This document shows, piece after piece, positions 12,477 through 24,424 of a DNA stretch of 64,000 nt. The notes beneath the pieces are model-generated. The model made no database searches. It had not been told where the DNA came from and worked only from the letters and a program-made list of their open reading frames with translations. The DNA comes from Octopus bimaculoides. Taxonomy: Eukaryota. The stretch spans positions 145,532,452-145,596,451 of the forward strand of contig NC_068983.1 of NCBI RefSeq assembly GCF_001194135.2, read 5' to 3'. The translations under genes and the position numbers were made by a program. How positions within the stretch are numbered: position 1 is the stretch's first letter; the number at the start of each line of letters is the position of its first letter.

Positions 12477-13413
12477 ACCCGGGACTACATTATATATCTA
12501 AAACACCAATGTGTGTGTGTGTTTGATTCTCTTTGGACCAGGTCGAACGACTACGTAAGAACTGATGTGATATCGAACGCTTTTGGAATATAACCCCAAA
12601 TTATCAGTAATACAGAATGTATCAATTTGACTACACTACTTCGGAATCTCTTAAGGTTTCGTTAGGGTTAAACCAATGACCATGCAAGCCAGAAGAAAGA
12701 ATTTATCCACCATGTCATTTCTCGCCGTGAGGTAAAGTAATATCTAATGTTTGGACATAGTCGTACTTCGTTTGTTTTCGAATTGCCATGCCTAACATCT
12801 CAAGACTAGGCCTCACAGTTAATCATCTTTACACACGAACTAGTTTACAAATGTTGAAATAATATTTTGCTGTGAATTAAAACATTGTGGACAGACTGTT
12901 TTATACTTACCTTAAGAGACTACGAAATTTAGAATTTAATTGTTTTTATTTGCATGTATATATTTTGAGCATATATACTAGATTGTGATTCTTATGATGT
13001 TCATACACACACACACATACATACACATAAATACATACATATGTAGGATAGATAGATAGATAGATAGATATGGAGTGAGAGAGAAAGAGAGAATATAGAT
13101 TTTCGTGAATATTAATATTCTTCGAGTCAGAGTAAGGCAAATTTTTTGTAGAGAACGGTATGATCGATTGCACCTACCCGAGGGTACAAATGATGCACAT
13201 TTACATCTGATAACTTTCTCGATTCCAGATTAAATGAAAAACCGAAGTAAAACTCAATAGAATTGGTAGTGAGACTGGTCGGTATCGAAGTAGTTGTAGT
13301 AAAACATTCAGTCCGGAGTATTCTGGTATCTCGACCAACTCCACCATAGTTGGATTTCTGGTAATAATGCAATACTTATGCATCAGTGATATAAAACCCA
13401 CACTCAACTCGTA

Positions 13414-14590
13414 TTACTCGACTTCTGGTTTCTGTCTATGATAAGCATCAAGCATTACTTTCTTTGGATGTCTGACAAAAAATAGTTTCTCTTTGGTAGA
13501 TGTCAACATGTTATCATTTGCATTGTCCTTGGGTTCTAGCGATGTACTCTCTAATTTGGGATCGCTGTTTCGCATTTTTCTTTGCGGTTTATCTCCAACA
13601 ATAAGCGAATGGACCAAACAATGACTGCTATTCGTGTTGAATTTCTGCTGCAAGAATCTACACAAAGGAGCTTTATCTGCTGGCCGATATGCATCTCTGC
13701 ACGTACACACCAATTTCGCCGTCTCTCTCAGGAGACCAATATCTTTTTTCAACAGCTCTCGCATCAAGATATTCTTTTTAATTGGTTTAGCTTTTATCAA
13801 GGATCCGTGAACTGGATAGATTGATTTCCAATCGACATTGATAAAGCCCTGGTTCACTTTTGAAGAATAATTTTCTCCTACATCACTAGACACTTCTCGA
13901 ATATTCTCTTTGTTGTTAAATCTTGATCGGGAATTATTAGTAATGTTAAGTATTCCTTTACTATTTCGTTGTAGTTCCTTTTTGTATTTCAAAGATGTTC
14001 CATTTTTCATAATCCTTGTTCTTTTCTTTTGTTTGCTCATTTTTTTACTGTTTTGAATAGGAACTTTACATTTTCTTTCTGAATGACCATACGTTTGCAG
14101 AACACGTCGAGTTGAAGTTTTTCCACTTGAAGATGTCGGTACAGTCGGCTTTTCTGCTGTTTTTCGTTTAGCTAAAAAATTAACAGAATCATTGTTCTCT
14201 TTGGAGTGTAGCTTTTCTTGACGAGATCTTGTATTTAATGTTAAACCCGATTTCTTACCTGATGTTGGATTTGATGAATATATTTGAGGGTTAGGATTTT
14301 TCTCTTTAGGTAAATAATGAGGTGGCTGTTTTTTATGGTTAAAATTCAGCTTTTCCGGGCGAGTACTGGCATTTTTTTTATCAGTAGCTACAATACAGGT
14401 TTTTATTCGGCTTATTGGCACCGTCTGACTAGTTTTGTCGTTTGTTTTGTTTCCACTGACGTTAACATCATTCAGTTGGTTTCTGGTGGGTTTGTTTGAA
14501 CGACCAGAAGTAATTGTTTTCTTCGTGAGATGCAACCAGTTCTTAAAAGGTGTGCCACCTGCTTCTGTTCCATTGTTAACATTGGTAGTC
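13414..14590 (-). CDS. Terminal coding exon (E) of the predicted tandem SKI/DACH-like domain gene; Lys/Ser/Asn-rich linker plus a C-terminal globular segment
   Basis: Stop-free frame from 14610 to TAA 13416-13414; acceptor TTCAATTTCTTGACAG at 14592-14591; AATAAA at 12950-12945 downstream. Linkage to the upstream exons is inferred from phase. Confidence 0.75.
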
Positions 14591-14704
14591 CTGTCAAGAA
14601 ATTGAATATTTTAAATTTTCTATTACGACTCTTTGATAACAAAGCGAAGCGACAAACAATAGGCGGAGGCAGTTGGTCTCCAGCCCTAAACATTCTCTAT
14701 ATCA

Positions 14705-14757
<53 letters not shown>

Positions 14758-15369
14758 TATGTATGTACGTATTCATGCATGTACGTATGTATGTCATTAT
14801 TCAGCTTTATTTCAAGATTTTTTTGCCAGTAGAGAAAGGGCCTGTTTCTAACCTAGATCCAAGGCCCCTTCATTCGAATTTCAGCAATATGAACAGAGTA
14901 TTTTTGTATGTATGCATGCATGTATATGTGCAGATTCGTATGTTTTGTTTTATGTATGTATTCTCTTGCATATAGTTACATATCTATACATTCTCATATA
15001 TACATAAACGATAGAGTTCTGGAAGGTTTTACAAATTTTTACATTTCCAGTGATAGATTGAATCTGTAATCTTTGAATCAGCTATCTCTTTTCTGGTTTT
15101 GAGAAGCCTAATTTCTCAAGATTGGCATTTAGGCAGTGTGTTACACATCCCCTATGTATGTATGTATGTATGTATGTTACTTTTCCCAACAAAGTCACCA
15201 CGAATCACTAATTTTACAACTAGCTATTTTGATTGTTGCAAATCAGTAATCGATGGTCGCTTTATTTACAATATGCTGTTAGCGATAGCCGACTCTGGCT
15301 ATCGCTCTGGCATGCAGGTGCTTGCGACTGAGGATGAGCCGAATAGCTCGAAACGGTTCAATATGATTA

Positions 15370-15416
<47 letters not shown>

Positions 15417-15625
15417 GTTCCATCTCGGCAACCCAATGCTACATGGGTAATCTCAGAATTATGGAAACCCTCATAAACTTATTGAGACTAGCCACTAATA
15501 ACAGGAAGAAACTACACGAAGAACACTGGTTGCTATAGCAACAACAGTCTGCACATGACACCTTCCTCCTTCCTTCCCTACCCTCCGCACACCACCACCA
15601 CATACACATACATCTAAGCAACAAC

Positions 15626-15654
15626 CTTTTCCAACTACCGCTTTTCCGAATGTC
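15626..15654 (-). CDS. Micro-exon D (DIRKSGSWKR) of the same gene; donor position uncertain
   Basis: Strong acceptor TTCTATATTTGTCTTCAG at 15656-15655. A 29-nt exon (AAG|GTTGTT) or a 47-nt exon gives the phase 2 needed by exon E. Confidence 0.45.
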
Positions 15655-16114
15655 CTGAAGACAAATATAGAAATACAAGGTAAAACTGCAACTTTTTGTT
15701 TTCTTTTCCTTTTGCCAACATTGAAACTTTTAAAGTTTTACCATTGATAATCAAAAAATATTGTTGAAACTAGTTTGGTATATACATAAATAAATTTATT
15801 TTAAACAATTACAAGTTTTCCAAATTTAGGTGCATTTTCAACAACAAATTTGCTTATATATATATATAATTCTTTTCTCTTATTTTTCAGTCATTGTAGT
15901 CCAGTCAAGCCGGAGCGTCACCGTGAAGGGTTTAATCGAACAGATCGATCTCAGTACTTATTTTTTAGTGTCTGGTATTTATTCTGTCTGTGTCATGCCG
16001 AATCGTAAAGTTACTGGGACGTAAACAAACCAACACCACACACTGCTAAAGATATTCAAGGTTCAGGTGGTGGTGGTAAACTGGGATATGGATTAAGTCA
16101 CGCAACCATCAAAA

Positions 16115-16760
16115 TAGGATCTTTCCAATTTGGCTGCCAATTTTCGAAAATTCAAAGTTTGTAGAAAATTTTAAAATTTGGTACATTAATGTAGTTTTCC
16201 AAGCTGAATCTCAGGAGATATTTCACTTTTTCCAGAAAATTTTTTAAAAAGTTACTGAGGTTTAAAGTTTGATAATTTTCACTCGGTCAAAAAATTGGAT
16301 TTGGTATTTTGTGCTCGACAGCACGTGTTGTCAACTGTAAACAAATCAAATTTTGCTTTATGCACGCCATATAACCCCCTCATAACTTTTTTTATTTTTT
16401 GGAATTTTCAGAAAAGTTTTGTCAATTTATATTCTATACACGAGAATTCGTGCGATTATCCAAAAATAAAACAAAAAATTTTTGGTGCGTGATTTAAGAC
16501 TTATTTGGCTGTTATTTTTAGTACATCTGACGACCACCTCAATGAGTGGAATATATTATTCGACACGTGCTTTCTTGCAGACAAAAGAATTCTCATGCTT
16601 GACTTGTTACTATGGAAAAAGGCATGGATATGTCTTTGGCTTACGATTGGCTAAAATTACCCAAAATTTGCAAACTTTAAAAGCTAATGACTTTATTTAT
16701 TGCTTTATTGCGAAAATGAATTTCAAAGCAGTGATTAACATACAAAACCATATCATTATG
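16115..16760 (+). mobile_element. ~650 bp non-autonomous repeat, copy 1 of 3
   Basis: Aligns by eye with 16975-17610 and 45160-45790 (GCTGAATCTCAGGA, GTTGTCAACTG, AAAATTACCCAAAATTT). Confidence 0.75.
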
Positions 16761-16974
16761 CAGAATATAAAATCAATTCGAGCAGGAATTGAAGACATTG
16801 AAAATTGGCAGCCAAACAGAACAGATCCCCAAAATCTTCCAGCAATACCCATCCAAATCCATCTCAAATCATGTCCTATGTCTTGTAAAAGGATCCACTG
16901 ATAATGTGGTTTTGAGTACACTCTGTTTAAGAAAATATGATAAAATCATGGCTAGAACGCCTTTAAATATAGGT

Positions 16975-17610
16975 CGGATCTTTTATTCAAAGTTTAGTGA
17001 AAATTTTAAAATTTGGTGTACTGATGTAATTTTCCACGCTGAATCTCAGGAAATAATTCACTTTTTCAAAAAAAAAATGTTTAAAAAAGTTACAGAGGTT
17101 TGATAATTTTCACCCAGTCAGAAAACAGGATTTTGAAGCTCTCATTTTGTGCGTGACAGCACGTGTTGTCAACTGTAATAAAATGAAATATTGGCGGAAT
17201 TCTGCTTTACGCACGCCACATAACCCCTCATAATTTTTTCATTTTTTGGGAATTTTCAAAAATTTTTGCGAATTCTCCACACGGGAATTCTTACGATTAT
17301 TTTTGCAAATTCTACAAACGGGAATTCGTACGATTATGCAAAAACCAAAACAAAAATTTCTTGTGCGTGATTTAAGGTCTATTTAGCTATTATTTTTAGC
17401 ACATTTCACGACCCCTCCCCCATTTAATAAGTTAAAAATGACCACGCGAATAAACAGTTTGTAACAGCTTGGCTTGTTAATATGGAAACAGGCACCTATA
17501 TGTCTATGGCTTTCGATTGGGTAAAATTACCCAAAATTTATTAACTCTTTATTTATTGATTTATGGAGAAAATGAATTTCAGGTCAAAGATTAGCATACA
17601 AAACTACATT
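16975..17610 (+). mobile_element. ~650 bp non-autonomous repeat, copy 2 (direct, near-tandem)
   Basis: Same blocks as 16115-16760, with a small internal duplication of GGGAATTC(T/G)TACGATTAT. Confidence 0.75.
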
Positions 17611-17847
17611 GTCAGACACCAGTAACGTATAATAGTTAGAGGGCATATGACTCTAATTTACAAAGTCAGGTTTATATCCTACATGAGAAATCTATTTTAA
17701 ACTTCATCATCAACCCAAGGACACTATTGTCTTCAAGACCTAGTATTCCAAGGGCTGGTTACCCAGTTTCCATGGCGTATAGATCACCGAGATAACAACA
17801 GTCCCTCTGAACGGACCGCCAGTGCGTCGTAGATATAAGATATTAGA

Positions 17848-18040
17848 AAGGCGGTGAGCTGGCAGAATCGTTAGCACACCGGGGAAAATGCTTAGCAACG
17901 TTTATTCTGTCGTTACGTCCTGAGTTCAAATTCTGCCAGAGTCGACTTTGCCTTTCATCCTTTCGGGGTCGATAAAATAAGTACCAGTTGAACACTGGTG
18001 TCGATGTAATCGACTTACACCCTCCCCCATTGTTGCTGGC
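17848..18040 (+). mobile_element. SINE family A copy
   Basis: GGCGGTGAGCTGGCAGAATCGTTAGCAC...GAGTTCAAATTC...GTCGACTTTGCCTTTCATCC. Confidence 0.85.
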
Positions 18041-18719
18041 ATTCCGACAAAATTGAAACCGATATGAGATAAAAGAACTTACTTCAGAAAAATAAGCGCT
18101 CGTTGTTTGCTCTTTTGATATTCCCATAGCAATAATTGATAATTTAAAACTTTTCCAGAGGAGTTGTTTTCTGTAGTTCGACTTAGTTCCTGTCTTTTCT
18201 GGCTATTATTGTTGTTATTAGCATTATTTTTTGATAAATGAATTTTCAATATTCTGGTCACAGGACTCTATAAAATATGAACGAATATTGACTCACTACA
18301 TTAGTAAAGGTACGCAAATTTGTAATAACAGTAACAACAATAACAACTACTATTACCACAACAACAGCATCAACAGCATCATCATTTACAACAACGACGA
18401 CGACGACAAGAATAACAACAACAACAAGAGTGCAAACCTCCGCCAAGGCAACACCAATGTCCTCTCAACGATTAGCGGAAGATGATTTTTAAAATGAGAA
18501 TGTCTGAAGTAAACTCGACTGCTCTCACAAACGAGAATACTGAAAAAAAGAACACGACCGCTCTCAAAAATTAAGTTTAAAAAAACGGAGAAATAACCCA
18601 GAATCCTTGTCCGGTACCTGATCGATCCCAATGGTAGTCATGGAATGTGAAGGTGGGTGTGCGAGCCGTGTTTGTAATGCTGTGTGTATGTCGTCTGCAG
18701 TGGGAACAGGGACAGTTTT

Positions 18720-18885
18720 CTCTATGAAGGCCTTTTCTAGTCTATCCGCTGATAGTATCTTTACGACCATTAAGGTCTATAGTGAAAATTCTATCCGTGC
18801 GCGAAAGAAAACGAAAAGGACCTGCATACGGTGCTGATAACGGAGGTTCAACAATATCATTGCGTACAAAAACGCGAGTCCAAGA
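18720..18885 (-). pseudogene. Ty3/Gypsy integrase C-terminal (GPY/F-type) fragment
   Basis: Translates to SWTRVFVRNDIVEPPLSAPYAGPFRFLSRTDRIFTIDLNGRKDTIS/(frameshift)DRLEKAFIE, matching the Gypsy VFVR.D...PPL..PY.GPF...TVSIDRLKPA pattern. Confidence 0.8.
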
Positions 18886-19279
18886 AGTAAAGCTTCCTTC
18901 AAGGCAGAGCTAGAAATGCAATTGTCAAGTAAGTGAGAGGTTTTAAACAGGAGCGGTATATTCTAAATTGGTAAAACTAAAAAATTGTCGAGGATAAATT
19001 AAATTTATTATTGTTACTGAATATGTTAGTGTTAATTAATTTCTGAACGGTTTTGCTACCGTTTGTTTATGTAGTTTGATTTTGTTATCCATCAGTTTCT
19101 ACTAAGAAAGAGACGCGAGTAAAATTAATAATAGAGAAACGAAAATAAAACTTTAGCAACAGCAACGCCGCCATAACTTACGTGGAAACCATGAGCGTGC
19201 TTTCAAGGGAGATAATCAGAGAAAGACTTGAAAGTCAATGTAAGATCGTAATACTTTATATAAAGTAAAGTAAATATAA

Positions 19280-19480
19280 CAAATAATCTAGAATCCTTGT
19301 CTCGTACCGGATCGATCCCCAAATCTAATCAGTTCGTGCCAGTCACGAGGCCAAACATCCCAAAAGTTTCATACGAATCTATCCAGTGGTTCTTGAGATA
19401 TCCTTTCCACGGACAAACAAACAAACACGACTGAAAACAATATCTCCGCCTTCCCTAAGGCAGAGGTAATAATGACTGCT
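19280..19480 (-). mobile_element. DINE-1/HINE-like non-autonomous element
   Basis: Reverse complement begins ATTACCTCTGCC...GTGTTTGTTTGTTTGTCC...GATAGATTCGTATGAAACTTT. A partial copy lies at about 18595-18630; similar architecture at 59345-59600. Confidence 0.45.
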
Positions 19481-20128
19481 TTTAGAATATGCCACCCAAA
19501 TCTGGCAATGAAGGACTATATTTACCACGAATACAAAGTGGTAGGAGCCATATACAGCTAGAACATTATTACAAAATATCAATTATAGAACTACAAATAT
19601 ATCTAGTGCAGTATTATGGAAAATTAATACAAATAACTACGAAAATCGAACAAAAATGCTTTCTGCTTCAAGTGAACCAACAAATACAAAACAGAGGTTA
19701 CAATAACAGAGATCTGGGAAGAAAACGGAGAAACAATAACAGAAATCGTAAAATGGTTAATCCACATTACTCCGTGAGGAGATTAGGGCCAGTTTATCGG
19801 TTTTTCCGGTGTATATATTCCTCCCTGGACGGGACGCTGGTCCGTCGCATGATTTCTCATTTTCCCCTGCTGAGTGGACTGGGGCAACGTGAAATGAAGT
19901 GTTTTGCTCAAGAGTGCATCGCCCGGTCCGGGATCGAAATCACAATCTTACGGTCATGTGTCCAACACCCAAACTACTAAACCATACGCCCCCAAGAAAT
20001 CGTGATATGTTATGATAAAATGATGGCAACAAAAACCCTTATGGCGTAATATATAAAGTAATTCTAGATATTGTTTGGCTAAGAAAAAAATTCACCTTTG
20101 ATCATAGATTTGCTCAGACAGAGCTTAC

Positions 20129-20155
20129 TTGGAGTAAATATTTCAATTGTGCACT
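20129..20155 (-). CDS. 27-nt micro-exon C (SAQLKYLLQ) of the same gene
   Basis: Acceptor TTTTTTTTTTACTATACTACTGATACCTTTCAG and donor GTAAGC; phase 0/0 joins exon B to exon D in an open frame. Confidence 0.6.
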
Positions 20156-20524
20156 CTGAAAGGTATCAGTAGTATAGTAAAAAAAAAACTACTGACCCCT
20201 TGGCTAACAATGACGTCCCGGGTTCAATCCAGCAGTCTCGGGATAACAAAAGCCTTGTAAAGGAACTCGGATAGACGGAAACTTTAGCGAAGCCCATCCG
20301 ATGAATTTTACTTGCAATTCAACGGTCTAGCCTTGACAGACACACTATATCATGCTGAGTCTACCTGTGAATTTCATTAAGAGTATACGTTTCTCTATGG
20401 AATACTCAACCACTGAATTCGCTAAATTCAATGGGTTGGTTGAATCGAAATCGACGTGAGAGTCTTATCATATCGCAGGCCCATATTGAACGGACAGTTC
20501 TGGAACTTTGATTCCCACAATCCG

Positions 20525-20907
20525 TTGCTGGCACTCCGTCGCTTACGACGACGAGGGTTCCAGTTGATCCGATCAACGGAACAGCCTGCTCGTGAAATTA
20601 ACGTGCAAGTGGCTGAGCACTCCACAGACACGTGTACCCTTAACGTAGTTCTCGGGGATATTCAGCGTGACACAGTGTGACAAGGCTGACCCTTTGAATT
20701 ACAGGCACAACAGAAACAGGAAGTAAGTGTGAGAGAAAGTTGTGGTGAAAGAGTACAGCAGGGTTCGCCACCATCCCCTGCCGGAGCCTCGTGGAGCTTT
20801 GGGTGTTTTCGCTCAATAAACACTCACAACGCCCGGTCTGGGAATCGATACCACGATCCTATGACCGCGAGTCCGCTGCCCTAACCACTGGGCCATTGCG
20901 CCTCCAC
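20525..20907 (-). mobile_element. Full-length tRNA-derived SINE family B
   Basis: A/B boxes as in the 12108-12476 copy; TSD CCAC(A/C)ATCCGT. Confidence 0.9.
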
Positions 20908-21546
20908 CCACCATCCGTACAGCATGAAGAAACGCCTCATCCTCGACCTATCACATCGAGCGACCTAGACACATACCAACATGAAATAGAATTAGCGATA
21001 CTTTTTAGAGAAACTATTACTCTGCAAGCGTAGCATCGGAGAGAGAGGGTGGACAAGGAAACGGAGAGGGGAGGGAGGTAAGAGAGGCGAGGGAGATGAT
21101 AGAGGAAGGAGGAAGAAGAGAGAGAAGAGATACAAAGGCAGAGAGAGAAAAAGAGAGAAAAGGAGAGAGAAAGAGAGAGAGAAATAGAGGGGGAAGAAAA
21201 CCGAAGAGGGAAAAGATAGAGAGACGGAGAGAAATAGAGAGGAAGGGAGGGGGAAAAGAGTGGAAGAGAAAGAGTATCAACGCTGGGAATATTCATGTGT
21301 CAATACGATATCACCATCACCATCATCATCATCATCATTATCATTTAAGGTCCATGTTCTATGCTGGCATGGTTGGACGGATTGACAGGAGCCGATGAGT
21401 TGAAGGACAACATCGTACTCCAAGGTCTACTTTCACATGGTTTCTACGGCTCGATGCTCTTCCTTATGCGATATAATATTGTTATATTATATCGCGTTAG
21501 GAATATAAAGAGCTGTATGTGCGTGTGTGTATGAAAATTGAATCAC

Positions 21547-21668
21547 CTTGTGAGAATAGAACTTTTCCTCCCATGGAATAGTTGCCGTTGAAGGTGGGGA
21601 CATGTGGTAAAGAGCTCTCATGAAGAATGTCCAGTTCAGTAACATGGTCTGTGACGTTATATAGGAAC
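21547..21668 (-). CDS. Exon B (122 nt; SYITSQTMLLNWTFFMRALYHMSPPSTATIPWEEKFYSHK)
   Basis: Acceptor GCTTTTACTTTTGACAG, donor AAG|GTGATT; phase 1 start matches the phase 1 end of exon A. Confidence 0.7.
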
Positions 21669-21947
21669 CTGTCAAAAGTAAAAGCATATTGTAAGCAACA
21701 CTATTTATGATGCGGTGGCGGCGGCGGTCCTAATGTAATTTCTTACATTGGTATACTATAGGTTTATACTGGATTAAGTCGGACTGAAAAAAAAAGAATG
21801 AAGACGACGCTGGTAGGATTTGATCTCAGAACGTAAAACTGCAAAGCGTTTCTTCTGGTGCTCACTAGATTTTGATAGCAATAAGAATAATATTTCTTTC
21901 CTTCTTGGCAGAAACGTTAGCACGCCGGGCGAACTGCTTCGCGGTAT

Positions 21948-23648
21948 AACGGCTCTGTGAATTATTGTGAATACTGTTGTGTTACTTTGTGAAAACTGTC
22001 TCGGTGAATAATTGTGATTTTTGTAGAAGTATTATGGTTGTATTTCACGTGAGCTGCTGCATTTTTCCCAGCTATGACAAGTGGTAGTGTCTCCAGTATG
22101 GAGAGCTACGCCAAAGCCACTGCGGTGAGGAAGCCAGTGCCGCTAGAAACCAAGTTAATCAAGTTGAATATGGAGGTTACCAGAAGCAGGAATTTGATAG
22201 AAGTTGAGGGAGACTCATACAAATTGTGCCCCCCAAAAGAGACTAAAGAAAATAAAATTCTGAGGACNNNNNNNNNNNNNNNNNNNNNNNNNNNNNNNNN
22301 NNNNNNNNNNNNNNNNNNNNNNNNNNNNNNNNNNNNNNNNNNNNNNNNNNNNNNNNNNNNNNNNNNNNNNNNNNNNNNNNNNNNNNNNNNNNNNNNNNNN
22401 NNNNNNNNNNNNNNNNNNNNNNNNNNNNNNNNNNNNNNNNNNNNNNNNNNNNNNNNNNNNNNNNNNNNNNNNNNNNNNNNNNNNNNNNNNNNNNNNNNNN
22501 NNNNNNNNNNNNNNNNNNNNNNNNNNNNNNNNNNNNNNNNNNNNNNNNNNNNNNNNNNNNNNNNNNNNNNNNNNNNNNNNNNNNNNNNNNNNNNNNNNNN
22601 NNNNNNNNNNNNNNNNNNNNATTAAACCAGAGTGGTTGGTTGCAACAGTGCTGGCTGCAACCAAGGAGGAGCCGGAATTGGGACCAGTGGCGAAAACAAA
22701 AGTGTGCGAATGGTGGGGATTTGGACTCGAAATGTGGCTTTTTGCCACATTCGAGGACATAGAAAGAATTCCCTACCAGATAGAAGTGGAGGACGAGAAA
22801 ACGTTAAATGTTGTAATCGAGGGAAGACAACCAAATTGTTATATATGCGGGGAGAGAGGTCATATGAAGACCAAATGCCCTCTATATGAGTTCACACAGC
22901 CACAGCAAGAGAAAGCACAAACAGAGGAGGAAAGAATTGTAGACCACACTGAGGAAATAAAAGAGACAGAAGTGTGAGACAGAAAACAAAGGAAAAGAAC
23001 GAAAACGGAGCTACTAACCCTAAAAAGCGAAGGAAAAATAAGTCAAAGGAACGGTCAACAGAAAACAAAAAAGAGATAAAAAAGCCAGAAACTAATAATG
23101 TACAAGAAGAGGAGGAGAGAACGGATAAAGATGTGAAATACAAGGGGGTTTTGATAAAGTACGAGAATTTCGAGCAGATGGAGAGAAGGGTCGAGAGGTT
23201 GGGAGAAATAATAAGAGTGAAGATGCTAGAGAAATGTGCTGAAAAATGCATTTTGATACGTGAGGAAAGATGCTGGGAGTGCATAAAAGAACATGGTGAA
23301 AATATAATAACGAAACAGATATGGTTGGTGGAGACACCACCCCCTAGAACTGATTATTTGCAGTTGTTAAGGACGGACGTAACAATGATTAATGGAAGAA
23401 ATATAATGCGTGTGTTTGAATTTTTTGAGTTACAAAACCGTTAAAATGTTTACATGACGTTGAACGTAAAAGTGAAAAACTGGATAAATGTAACCACCCG
23501 ACTTCGGGGATCGAGTGGACATTGCGCCTCATTTTTTTCATACTTGCATATTATCATTTTATTTTAATTACCCCGATTTTATGTTTGCGTTTTGTACTGT
23601 CTTTATGTTTTGTGATGTCTTAAAAATTCTTTGTATAGCCCTTTATGA
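21948..23648 (+). mobile_element. Gag/ORF1-like (CCHC knuckle) element without RT, probably Tx1/L1-derived, inserted into a SINE A copy
   Basis: ORF from ATG 22074 across the gap to VIEGRQPNCYICGERGHMKTKCP, then a frameshifted continuation to 23444. SINE A halves at 21907-21947 and 23653-23815; GTAT duplicated (21944-21947, 23649-23652). Confidence 0.75.
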
Positions 23649-24074
23649 GTATTTCGCCCGACGCTACGTTCTGAGTTGAAATTCCGCCGAGGTCGACTTT
23701 GCCTTTCATCCTTTCGGGGTCAATAAATTAAGTACCAGTTGCGCACTGGGGTCCATTTAATCGACTGGCCCCCTCCCCCAAAATTTCGGGCTTTGTGCCA
23801 AGTGTAGAAAAGAATATTTCTTTCCTTCTAATTTTGCCAGAAAGCCAACAATTTTGAGGAAAGGGAGCAGGTCGGTTATATCGAAGCCAATATTTGATTA
23901 GTACTTTATCTCATCGAATTGGAAAGTATGAAAAGCAAGTTCGACCTTGGCGGAATTTGAACTCAAAACGTAAAGACGGACGAAATACCGTCTATGATCA
24001 TAAGTCTCTTCAAACAAGATTAGCCTAGCACTAAAAAAAAAATTATTTCACCATAGGTCATTTTAGAGGGTAGT

Positions 24075-24290
24075 ATTCTTTTCTACTCTAGGCACAAGGT
24101 TCGAAATTTTGAGGGAGGGGGCCAGTCGATTAGATCGATCTCAGTACGCAACTGGTACTTAATTTATCGGCCCCGAAAGGATGAAAGGCGAAGTTGACCT
24201 CGGCGGAATTTGAACTCAAAACGTAAAGACAAACGAAAAATCGTTATGCATTTTACCCGGCGTGCTAACGTTTCTGCCAGCACGCCACCT
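24075..24290 (-). mobile_element. SINE family A copy
   Basis: Matches the family consensus on the minus strand, including the tail CTCCCTCAAAATTTCGAACCTTGTGCC. Confidence 0.85.
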
Positions 24291-24424
24291 TTATGAAATT
24301 ACATATGACATTATCTCAAAGTTTTAACAAACATATAGATATCTATCTATAAACATCCCAAACTTCTGAATCACAGAGAGGGCAAATCATAGTTATATAT
24401 ATATATATATATATATATACTTAC

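Noticed and set aside
19489-19980. 163-aa plus-strand ORF
   Set aside because: Runs through an A-rich decayed retro-element fragment and a SINE; no coherent domain.
21017-21290. 250-bp polypurine tract and its ORFs
   Set aside because: Degenerate (GA)n microsatellite typical of this genome.
21547-21668. Alternative frame of exon B (FLYNVTDHVTELDILHESSLPH...)
   Set aside because: Open, but it needs a phase 2 entry; exon A ends in phase 1 and the other frame completes the repeat and links to exon C.
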